A stretch of DNA of 64,000 nucleotides from Bispira polyomma (lineage: Eukaryota). Made by a program: the position numbers and the translations under genes. A model generated the notes under the pieces. It was not told where the DNA came from, did no database searches, and saw only the letters and a list, made by a program, of their open reading frames with translations. Shown here piece by piece: positions 52,651 through 64,000 of this stretch; within the stretch, counting starts at the first letter, position 1, and each line of letters starts with the position of its first letter. The stretch covers positions 45,508,001 to 45,572,000 of the forward strand of contig OZ287756.1 in assembly GCA_965649765.1 (NCBI GenBank), in the 5' to 3' direction.

Positions 52651-55600
52651 GGGTCTGCTGAATCAGTTCACCATCCCAATAAATACCCCTTTTAAAAAGA
52701 CTATTCTTGTTCACACACATTTTCCTCACACATGTCCTAATGAACCAATGACCAATTAGGCCACCCTTAATTACAAATTGTATCCCCACTTTTGGGTGCC
52801 ATATTGGACCAAGCATTAGAAGGGTCAACAACAAATAAAAAAATTTTATAACTGTGATACATTTAACAGTTTATGTTCTTTTACAACAAGTGATTTTATT
52901 AGTGTTTTAACATTTACACAATATGAGGAAGACGAAAACACCAGGTAGTGTTCCGTTATCTAAGAAGAAAACAACCTCTAAATGCGGGACAACCAAAGGC
53001 ACAGATCCAGTAGTTAGGAAACTTAGGATCACAAAGAAGACAGAAGCACAGACAGCGACAGGTGAGAATGGTATTTCAGACGTAATGACTATTTTAAAAA
53101 GGCTGGAATCAGCAAATTCTGAAATTAATAGACGGCTTGATAAGGTGGAATTGAAAGGTGCGTGTAACTCGACCCCATTAACCTCTCCTACACAGCAGGG
53201 CGCCAACAATACCATGATAGAACTACGGCCACCCATTGTAGACAAACTTCCCCTGATTCCGCCGGGTAACCACTATGTCCCTCACATGCACACAGACGTC
53301 CACGAGGCTCAGGCCATTCAGTACAGGGCCCCAGTGGCTCCTCTTCACCAAGACTACCAGCGGGATGGCATTAGCCCTCGACCGGATGTTTTGAAGACCC
53401 TACCTGAGGTTAACGCTGCAGTAAATCAACGACTGGCGGCTTATGACGTGCAGCTTAGGACGGACCTGTCGCAAGGTAAGACCTCCCTCAGACACAAATC
53501 CGGTCGATTTAACACCACGGACGTTATTACTGCTCGGAAATGACCTAGCTTTGATGACCTCTTACTGTCGCAGTGGGCTGCCGGGAAGTTATTTAACATT
53601 GTACAAGTCCCAGATGCCACTACCATGCGGCACATGATGTACCAAATGATTTATACTCTGAGGGATTCGGCTTCTCTTCCCTGGCCAGCTGTTAGAGCAG
53701 GTTGGGCATTGAACATGCAGGAGGTGGAAGAGGGTAGACTGGATTGGTCGAACTCTACACAGTGGGCTCTAAATCACATGAATACATCGCAGCTGGCTCT
53801 GATTAACGGCCACGTCGGGCAGGCCCCACAGGCATCACAGGCATTACAAAAACCCAAGAATGTTTGTAAATTTTACAATAACGGCACTTGCAACCGCGAA
53901 TCTGACCACGGACAATATCGCCACATATGTAACCATTGTTTTTGTTCAGCAAATAGGGAGAACACACATCCAGAATTTAAATGTGTTAAGGCGAATGTCG
54001 CCAAAAGATCCTCGGACAAGCAAACACCCAGTTAGGAAGTAGGTCGACAACCAAGTAAGCGAACTATCAGAGAGTGTAGTTTATTTAAGAGTACTAGAGA
54101 TATAGTCAGTAATTATAATAATGTTGGAAATGACGACAGCCGTAAGGTAAAAAGTAAATGTTTAGTTGGTTCAAAAGAATCACAGAGGACCCCACAGGGG
54201 CCCCATATAGTTAAAAATAGCAGTATAAAAAATACAAATGTAAAAATAATTGGAAATGGTGAAACCACTATTTCTAGTGTCTCTGAACAGGGCAATGACA
54301 GGTTTAAGGAGAAAACAGACATGATTAAACACTGTAAGGGAAATTTGCAGGGTAGCAAAGGAGATTTCCCAAGAAAGGAAAATCACATTGTGGAAATACC
54401 ACAAAAATTTGTATTTACCCAATTAGGCTACCATAGCAATGGTAATAATAACTTTCTGTTTGATGTAGACGGGTTTAATTATAGACATAGCTATTGTCAT
54501 GTTCAGAGACCAGATGATAAACAATATGACAAACAGTGTGTGCTGTGGTAAGGAGGCACTTTTGAGACTAAATGTATAGTTTCTGTAATGAATTATGATT
54601 ACTATGATTACTATTCCAGCAATGGCATGGTTAAAGCTTTGGTATACTTGCAGTTTCCAAATTATCATGACATGTCAGGGAGTGGGATCAGGCAGGTAAT
54701 ACTTTCAATTATACACGCTTGAATGCCATGCCAGGCTTTCGGTTAGATGTTGTAAAAAGGCAGGAAATCATCATGACCAGTCACAGCTGGAACAGGGCAT
54801 ATAAGTTTAATGGCAAGGAAATGATGGATGCAGCAGACGCTCATGACAACTATAGTAAGGACCTGGCATGTCATATGACTTTTGATCATGATTATTCTCA
54901 GTTCATGTGTAACATCATAGATGAGATCATTGAAAAAGATACCATGTATGTTAAATGTAATAAAGTTCAAAAAGCCAGAGATAATTGGGAAAAAATGCAT
55001 AAGGTGAGTTGTACTTCCGCTCTGCTCATTAATAACCTTGATGGGCTGGTGTTATCCAATAAGCCCATTGACAACCCTGATAAAAACACGGAAGTGCCAT
55101 CTTCCAGCGATGTTCAGACATTATTGCAGATCACATGGCTAAGCAAGGGTATGACCTTTCATGCTATATCGATGATTATATTTGCGTCTGTTAGAAATTG
55201 GAGGCGCAACGAGGTTTTGATATCCTCTGCACATTGTTAGGAGATCTTGGCCTCCCAATGAACCCGGATAAAATTTCACCCCCTTCTACATGTGTCACAT
55301 TCTTAGGCATTGACATTAACATCGACGAAAGGCACTATTAGCATAGGAAATTTACGACGCATGTGTGGAAGCATGCACAAAATCATGGTTATCACGTTCA
55401 AAATTCCAGTCCATACAAATTGTTGTATATTCACAAGTGTGTAAACCAGCTAGGTGCTTTATCAATAGGTTACTTTCTGTATTCAGGGCTTCGCCCGGTG
55501 CCAAGCGATTCAAACTTACAGATAATATAAAGAAAGATTTAGATTGGTTTGTTGTCTTCCTGTTTAAATACAATGGAATTACTTTCATTGTCTCTTTTAC

Positions 55601-57432
55601 TATTAGTGAATATACTGAACTCCATTTGGATGCTTGCTTAACAGGACTAGGTGGCATATGGGGCTCACAGATTTATTATACACCTGTACACAATATTTAC
55701 CAACAGAAATTACACATAATCCAATTAGAGATGATCAATATTGTAATTGCACTAAGGATCTGGGGTGAGGACTGGACTCGCCAGAAAGTTACTTTACACT
55801 GTGATAACATGGCCGTAGTCTTGGTTGTCCAGACCGGCAAAACTAAGGGCCCCTTCTTAGCAGCATGCATTCGGAACATTTGGTTGATATCTTCCATACT
55901 GGACATTACCCTGAACATACAGCATATAAAAGGTACGGAGAATATATGGACAGACGCACTTTCGCGCATATATTCAGATAATCCCCCTAAACAAGAAGTG
56001 CTGGAGAAATTAAGCCATTGCACACGTAAGGAGGTTCCTATAACACATTTTAACCTGGATTATAATATCTAATTGTAGGTGCCACAACTGTAACAGATTC
56101 ACTCACCACTGCTGCGATCAACAGGATCAACACAGCACTGAGACCTGCGACTACATCAGCCTACATTAATCAATTTAGGACATTTCTGGCTTTCCTGCAA
56201 TATGCACACATTCAGGACATTACTGTACATTCAGTACTGGCATTTTTGGAATATCTTACGCAGAATAATTTATCTCCAAAAGTAGTGAATAACTATCTTG
56301 CGGCATTGAAATTCATGTCTGCAAAATATCAAATCAATACAGCAGTGTTTAAACACAATGCCATTTCCCAGTTTACACGTAGTTTGGTTCATAACTCTCC
56401 TTTTAGACCAGCTTCAAAAGGGGTGTTTGACATTAAACAACTGTTAAAAATCTCAAAGGCATGTGAAATTCTTCCAGACCCACAGTTATTCAGGGCTATA
56501 TTTTTGGTGGCATATTATGGGTTTTTGCGCATGTCCAACATCACCCCACATTCAAGAAGCAAATTCGACCCCACTAGAAATTTACTGATTCATGATGTAG
56601 TATTTGGCCCTCCTGGGGTACACCTCATAATAAAGTGAGCCAAAAACAGGCAGGACAGATCCAACTCACATGTCCAGTTACCTTCAATTAAAGTTCCATT
56701 ACTATGTCCAGTTACAGCACTTCATGGTTTGATAAACAACAGAGGGCTGGCGCCTTCCGCCCCCTTGTTCACCTCAGCACAACCCCCTCATTATCCTGTA
56801 GTGGACTCACACATTAGGGCAGCATTAAAAATGATACTTCAACATTTTGGAATTGATCACTCTACACATGGTTTTCATACATTTCGTAGGTCCAGTGCAA
56901 CATTGGCATTTAATAGCAACAATTCTTTACAAAATATTATGGCACACAGACTTTGGCGCAGCTCAGCTGTATGGACTTATCTTCAATCTACATCACAAGC
57001 TGCCTCTGTGATTCCACACACTTTTGCAAACATTGTCCCCACTTCCCTCTGACTTGGGTTTGGGTTCATTTAAAATCTCAGTTACCTCTTGAAATTTTAA
57101 ATATTTTATATTAACTACTGCATATTGTACATAGCTATACTAACTTGTACAGGAAAATAAACTCCAAAACAGTATCTTTTTATTGTCTTGTATCACCAAC
57201 TGCAGACACTTTCACATCACTAATTTTCTGAGACTTACACATGGGGAACTGTTGTTTACATTTGGTGATTCTTGTTCAAAATGGTAGACACCAAGCTATC
57301 AGGGTTAACTTCTAGAAGACAAGTACAGTGATTGGCTGAGGTATACCAGATTAAACTAAAGTGTTAAATCTGCCACCAAGAATTAAGGTCAACATCAACA
57401 TTTGTGTGGTCCAACTGAACTATCAGACCCCT
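52651..57432 (+). mobile_element. Ngaro-like YR retrotransposon 2 (decayed; RT N-terminus replaced by unrelated sequence); right end provisional
   Basis: gag 52923-54035 (CKFYNNGTC...HICNHC...HPEFKC); RT QRCSD...CYIDDY (~55105-55190); RNase H 55365-56072 (HLDACLTGLGG, CDNMAVV, TDALSR); YR 56080-57052. Imperfect inverted repeat 52649-52668/57413-57432. Confidence 0.85.
56080..57052 (+). pseudogene. Tyrosine recombinase of YR element 2
   Basis: IFLVAYYGFLRMSN (R), HGFHTFRRSSAT (HxxR), LWRSSAVWTY (Y); one in-frame stop at ~56638. Confidence 0.88.
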
Positions 57433-57679
57433 GTGGGTCGTGATTTTCTGTCATAAAGACTAACATTTGGGACTTTTGGGGACATATTGAAACTTACTTA
57501 AAACAAATTCTCTTATTCACAGACCTACTTGATATGAACTAACACTGATAGTGACATGTCATAACCCTTGCTAACATATGCTCACATATCTCCATTCATC
57601 TCTGTCACAAGTCACAGTGAGCAAAAATTAATTTCAATACTTTACTGGTTTTTGTATATTTTTGAAAGTTATTGGAATT

Positions 57680-58770
57680 TCATATGATATCACGCCTTAA
57701 TTATTGGTTGACACAGAACTGGAAGAAGAGAAGGCTCTGGGTTCAATCGTAACTATTTCGACACCTCATATACAATCAGTACGACCACTTAATGGCTGAG
57801 TTTGAGAAGCATGACATCAATTAATTCTAAAACTTTATCAGGGTTGATCCAATATTATTCAGAGAGTTACTCAACAGCATTGGACGTACAATAACCACAA
57901 ATAAGTATACCTTTTTAGAGCTACCCGAATTAAAGTTGTAGACTGGCCATCACATTCAGACATTTAACCAGTGGCAACAGCTACAGATCTCTATCTTATG
58001 GCTTATGGGTTTCACACTATCCACAGCAATATCATGGAAGGCCAGCGTAGATGAGTACATGCACAAAATCCACAGCATTATCAAGGAAGGTCAGCGTGGA
58101 TGAGTACATGCACAGGGTTATCCATCTACCCAACACCCTGATGGAACTTTCACAACACCTTGGGTGCCCTTCTAATAGTGGTTCACTGTATTACAACCAC
58201 AAAGGCTTCTTCTCCATTATCATTCTGGCACTAATGGATGCAGACTATAAGTTTTTCTGGTTGGATGCTGACAGTAACATGCCCTATCCAGATGCACAGA
58301 TCTATAAATATTGTGCACACAAACACAAGATCAATAATGACACCATTACCCTGACAGAGTTATGCCATACTTTACCATAGCTGACGATGGGTTCTCCAAG
58401 TGTGGCTTACCTGTTGTGGAGAGGATGTTTTAATATAGACTCATGAGAGCCAGGAGAATCGTAGAGAATGCTTTCAGAATCCTGGCAAACTATTTCAGTT
58501 GCCTAACTATCAGCCCCTAGCAGGACTCTGATGTCCTTACAAACTTAGTATTGGCCTGTTGTCGATTTCACAACATAATAAGATTGAGATATGCACAGAT
58601 ACACAAGGAACTTTTGGACAGTGAGGATCCTAACAAAAGTGTCGTGTTTTAACAATGGAGGACCAGGGCAAATATTTCAAACAGTACTACAACAACCCAT
58701 TAGGACCAGTGCCCTGGCAAAGGAATATGATCTGAACTGTTATCAATTGATAAACTCTAATTTCTCGAAT
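57680..58770 (+). mobile_element. Decayed Harbinger transposase
   Basis: RRRLWVQ, YDHLMAEFEKHD..NFIRVDP..FRELL, GSLYYNHKGFFSIIILALMDADYKF, NYRLMRARRIVENAFRILAN. Confidence 0.85.
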
Positions 58771-59059
58771 TACCTCGAATTTAAGCTGTAAATTGATAAA
58801 AAAAATATCATATTAACTTGGGATAAATAAATAAAGGTTCAATTTTAAACTGACACTCACTTATCAGATTTAAAGTGGGTCACAAAGATTCAGACGATAT
58901 TATCTTTAGTTGAAATATTTTAAACTGACACTCAGTTATCAGCTGTAAATGTCAAACACTTGTTGACCATGAGTCACAAAGGTCAAATTGTAACCTCTCA
59001 TTTTAATCCAGACTTTTGTCTAAACAATTGAAAAAAGGCAATTAAATTTGAATTTTCAG

Positions 59060-60700
59060 GATAGCCGACTAGTGGTCGACCTGTCACGATGATCTGCATC
59101 GCATCTCTGTAGGTTGCACCAATCATGTGAAATGTATAGCTATGCAAATCTCTGCAACGAGTCAAAGATCATTGTGCGACTAGCTATGACTGGTCACCGA
59201 TGGTTGCAGACATTTACATGATGGTCCTTACTGGTAAAACGCCTGTTGAAGACTCTTTCTGGATCAAACTCTAAATAGCTGATCCGATGCACTAATTGAT
59301 TAGTATGCATCAAGTTTTAAAGCAGTAAACATACCATTTTATATCAATATCTACTATTTTAATATATCATTTCGGGGACCAGTCCACATGTTAATGATTA
59401 ATAGACATCTGCAACAGGTAGCTGGCATAGTCATGCTCCTACACCACAGGAGGAGAAGGAGGAGACCAGGGCAGTATTAAGTCAGGCCCTGGATGACAAG
59501 GCATCTGCAGTTTAGGGACTATGACAAACTCATGACCAAGGCAGTTTTAAGTCCGGCCCTGGATGACAAGGCATCTGCAGTTTAGGGACTATGACAAACT
59601 CATGACTGTGCTTGAAAGAGAATCCCAAGGCGATTTCCACAATTACCTTAGGATAGGGCCTGCTATGTTCAGAGAATTGTTGCTGAGGATGACTCCCACC
59701 TGACCAAGATCAAAACAAAGTGAAGGTCTGCCATAGAGCTTGGCATGACGTTGCTAATAACCTTCAGGTATGAAATGGTGGCTCCCCCACATTAGAATTA
59801 AGGACCCTAAGAACTCAGTGGGCCAGTGTTGTATAACTACAAGGGCTTCTTCTCCTTCATCCTTCTTTAACTTATAAATGCAGATTATTACTTCATCTAG
59901 AAGACATCGATGCCAATAGGTCCACATCAGACTGTTCAGTGTTCAATGGCTTAGAACTAAAGATGAGTCTTGAGGATTGCATACTTAAACTTTCACCACC
60001 CATGCCACTTCCCTTCATGCAATGATCAGGACATTCCTTATTTTTTGGTTGGTGATGATGCCTTCGGGTTGGCTCAGTATATGATGAAGCTGTTTTCACA
60101 TTGACCGATGACCAATGCAGAAAGAATATTTAACGACAGATTGTCGTGAGCTGTCAGAATTGTGAAAAGCGCCTTTGGTATCCTAGCTAATAGGTTCCGT
60201 GCCTCGATGACCACTCAGCCAAAAACATTTAGGTTAATTCTGTTGGCATATATTTGCTTGCACAATCTAATGCGCAACAGGTATCCAGCTTGGCAGAATG
60301 TGTGGCTGGACTGTGAGGGAAATAATCACCAAGTTATAAATGGGGGATGATGATGTCCTTTAGGGATGATGATGTCCTTATGTCAGGAGTCTCACGTATG
60401 CCACAGAGACAGAGGATCTACTTAACATTATCACAACTACATTGGTTCTGCACCATGTCAGAGAGAGATGATTTAAAGTTATGGTAACTGTTCTGTATAT
60501 TTATTTAATGTGTGGTTGGACTTGTTGGTGGAGTTCTTGTTGCTGGTATATGTTATTTCTGTGCATTAAAGTTAGTTATGACTATCAATTGTCTCTGCAC
60601 ATAAGTTGATCTTTAGCCTGTAACTGGGGGATAGGACACAGCGACAAAGGACCACCATCTAAGATGTTCATCTGTACCATTAGGCAGACACATATTTATA
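59060..60700 (+). mobile_element. Decayed Harbinger transposase with flanks; internal 70-bp tandem duplication 59464-59604
   Basis: FHNYLRIGPAMFRELL, YNYKGFFS, FLVGDDAF, SAFGILANRF...ICLHNLMR. Confidence 0.85.
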
Positions 60701-63700
60701 ACTTGCCCAAGGATGCCCGTCAATGGAACCAGTGGCCAGTATTAGTAGTCATCTCCGCCTTTTTCCCTTTTCCTTTGCCTTTTCATTTCTCAACAGTCAG
60801 TTTAGTGACACGCCTAATGCCACAGTTCAAGTCATAGTCAATATAAAACTACACAAAACTTTAAAACAGTATAAAAACTAAATTTTTTACACAATCCAAA
60901 TTTTATAATATATCCCTATATTTCCAGAAACAAGTGTAACAATTGAAGACTAAACCTTGTACTTATAGTGTCTACCACCTATCCACGACATGTCATCTTT
61001 ATTTTAGTGCTGTCGGGTCTCCAATAGGTTCCAGCAAAATAGTGGTGGGCCTCACGTATTTAAAGAGTGGTCTGATATAGTCTGCTATAATTTCATTGGA
61101 CAGCCACAGGTAGTGAGACGGCTCAGGGATAGGTCAAGGATAGTTTAAAGATTATTGTTTATTTGTTTTAGGTTTTTTATTCTTGTTTAATAAAGCAGAT
61201 TAAAGATCCGACCCTTAAACAACACCATGAAGTAACAAAAAAAATATTTTGATGCTTAAATCATAATAGAAAAATGGTAAAATACTTAGCAACAACTATA
61301 ATTATTCAAATATTAATATAAACAGATTCCATTTATTTGATGGTTAAAGGATCAACCTGTAAATAACCTATCTTTACAAGTAGCCTTGTGCATTGCAAAA
61401 TTAGAGTCAATCTTTGTTTCTGAATCAATGTAATTTCAGTCTACATGCCCAATTTAACATAACTTTTTGAAAATAGTGACAATATTGTAGAATTTAGTGA
61501 CTAATTTAAGTTTAAATGCAAGGGTTCTGAGTCTGTTAAAATTGTTATTACAAGTGGTATCGCCCTAAGATTAATGGTAATTATTTAAAGTTGGTGGTCC
61601 AGGGTTCACTTATTATAAAACATTTACACCCATGGAAGACAATGTTTAAGATCATTAAAAGTATTAATATTAACTTTTTTATTGAAAAGATCTGAAAGTT
61701 AACGGCAATATAGAATCTCATAAAATTTGTTTTGGCACAATATTTGTCTGTATATTTTATTTTACCTCTGGCTTTATCTGGTCTATTTATAACCATACAC
61801 CAATTAAAATATCTTAATAACAGACAATCACACTTATTGATGAGACATAACAGACAAACAAGCAGGTTAACACAGGTAGAAGTAGAATAATATCCAATTC
61901 TATTAATGCCATTTCCTTTTGTATTATATTTAACTGTAGATAGTATATGTCCTGAACATGTATTATAGATAGGTAACATTTCTATAAAAGGGGGAAGTAG
62001 ATTAAAGTGGGAGAAATACGCATCAAGAGATATAGTGACAAAAACATATATGATCAATATTTGAGGTAACTGAATTAACATCTAACTTTTCACAGAATAC
62101 TTTTTTGGTGCCCTTAAACGTTTATCTATGCGTTACAAAAGGCTATGTTTTTTTTATTATCTGATTCAAACATTACAAGTACCATACAGTGACATTCTCT
62201 GACTTTGTATGTTCATGAATATAGGAAGTTCTCAAAAACGAATACAAAATATGCAATATGTTTGTGTGGACTAGATATGTGTCAACACAAATTTATAGAT
62301 CTTCTTATGCTCAAACTACATCATTTAACGGTCTTTTTTACAATTTCGTAGTATTATTCTAAGACTCAAAAATATCGAAGTACTCTATTGTCCTTTAATT
62401 AAAATGGGTTTCCCAAAGTTTACATCCACACCACTTCTATTAGAAGAGGCTACCTTGATTTCCATAATATATAAGCTTTTATCAAGTTTTATGACAAACC
62501 TGTTTTTACATTGCAATGTAAAGTGAACATAATATTCTAGTCAAAATATGATTATAAAAAAGGAAGTTGTAGAATGTAAGTAGAATGTACATAGCTTTGT
62601 ATATATAGAACTTATTTTGTGTCCTCTTGTGCATCACTATCACCATGCTGTCTTCTCTTTGTCTTTGAGATGACAGGGAAAGATATTAAGAAGAGCCCAA
62701 GACGACAGAGACGACTTTGATCAGATTGAGAGGCCGGAATTTTGTTGGTGTGTCCTCGAGAAGTTGTCGGATATCATGTTTCAGCCTGGTGTGTCCTCAA
62801 GAAGCAGTCACATATCATGTTTTACCTTTCTTGTGACACAGAATGAGAACATTTTCAAATTAAGTGTCATAACAAATGGATAGAGGCGGCATTGTAAAGA
62901 CAATAAAATACCAGGTTTGGATAAGGAGACATGGGGCAACAATTCGGCATCTGTGTTACACAAATGTTGATCCAAAATGCAAATCTGTTATAGTGGTTGC
63001 TGGAGCTTCCCAATTTATTGTATGGTACATTTAATATATAATAACCATTTTGGGCATTATAATAAACAAGTTAAAATGCCTTCATTTACTAAGTTTCCAC
63101 ATACACTTGGGGGCATTTTAAGGTCAACTGTCAAGGTAAATTTGTACATCACAAACTTTTCCACCTTTATATTTCAACCAAATTGAGAACGAGTAACAGT
63201 TTGAAAGAGAACAACTTTAGATATTTGTTAGTAAAATATTGACGAAAATTTCAATTCATTCAATGCAGGACATCAAGTTTGTAGTTACAACTTGGGAAAA
63301 TAGAAAGTCATACTTATATATTGTAGTGAAACTCGATATCGACAATATTGGTACCAGAAGGGGGTAGATAGTTTACAACTATAACATGTTGCCCTCCCAG
63401 GTGTCACAAAAAGTGCTAAACTCTAAGTCTAAAAAGTTTGTGGGACTACCTTTACAGGTAATCAGAGTGGCTATTACTCTGATTAACCCCAACTAAGTAA
63501 AGAAAACAATGGTAAGGACAACTAAAGTAAACCTTGTTGTCATCCACCTAGCAAGGTTATTCCAGTTTGGTATAAAAATCAACTGACCCATGGATGTAGT
63601 TTGGTTGTACTGATTTGTGCATTTGTTCTGGTTTTAGTTCAGAAAATGAAGGCATCATCTCTCGTTTAAACCTAACCAAATATATTTGAGTTGGGTTTCG

Positions 63701-64000
63701 GAAAAAGCTGGTTGACAAAAATGTCAAAAACAAATGTATTAGGTTTCAAGAATAAACTGGAGATTAAATCCTTGAAAAACAGTCACCACTGCTATCTGTG
63801 GAGCTAACCCACCTGAGACTTAAATTCACTTCAATATATATTAATTTTATAGTTTTTCAGCATAACATGCACAGATTAGTATCTTCTGTATTACTTCAGT
63901 TTCAGCCAAATTTGTGGTAATTGATAAATACCAGTGAGAGCTGAATAATACTGGTTCATCAGCTGTCATCACAGTGTTAGATCAATTTTAAAACATACAC

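Noticed and set aside
52411-57813. aatggctgagtt...catg at 52411 and 57791 as Ngaro split direct repeats
   Set aside because: The second copy is in-frame Harbinger coding sequence (YDHLMAEFEKHD) and the match is only ~12 bp.
61000-61130. WLSNEIIADY as a Ulp1/SENP protease fragment (similar sequence at ~3715-3760)
   Set aside because: Short, no catalytic His/Asp/Cys motifs follow; more likely a non-coding dispersed TE segment.
61581-62081. 166-aa ORF as a gene or Polinton/viral remnant
   Set aside because: AT-rich, no recognisable motif or splice support; cannot be called without a BLASTx/HMM search.
62700-62945. Penelope GIY-YIG remnant (VWIRRHGATI) and a ~41-bp doublet
   Set aside because: Single short motif with no adjoining RT or GIY-YIG core visible.
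63459-63485. 10-bp-stem hairpin TAATCAGAGT-N7-ACTCTGATTA as terminator or Helitron end
   Set aside because: AT-rich stem with no poly-U tract or CTRR end nearby; plausible by chance in 64 kb.
63928-63958. ATG...G|GTATTT on the minus strand as first exon of the receptor
   Set aside because: MNQYYSALT is not a signal peptide and there is no other support.

Overview
Eukaryotic, AT-rich invertebrate (mollusc/bivalve-like; inferred from repeat and domain content) genomic DNA, mostly nested and decayed transposable elements around one multi-exon host gene. There are no prokaryotic features, rRNA, true tRNA genes or CRISPR arrays. 1-16.6 kb: a Tx1/L1 fragment, then a ~4-kb-arm inverted duplication (21-bp arrays plus Harbinger relics). 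It encloses a SINE, a MULE fragment, an L2/CR1 relic with a 2A-like motif, and an intron-containing pogo-type element. 17.2-24.0 kb: a Ngaro-like tyrosine-recombinase (YR) retrotransposon with an L2 inserted in it. 24.8-28.3 kb: a non-autonomous TIR element with a 6-bp TSD. 30.1-51.6 kb (minus strand): a type-I membrane receptor gene (WSC + MEGF10/Draper-type EGF + an unassigned beta-rich domain, then TM and a Tyr-motif tail). Its six-exon ectodomain block is amplified as a near-identical 4,562-bp tandem array (~3.65 copies). The array junction coincides with the apparent left end of a second YR retrotransposon (52.65-57.4 kb). Further Harbinger relics follow. Most interesting: the amplified receptor with a frame-breaking two-exon cassette, its breakpoint at a YR element end, and the short inverted repeats flanking both YR elements. 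All exon calls and translations were made by eye.
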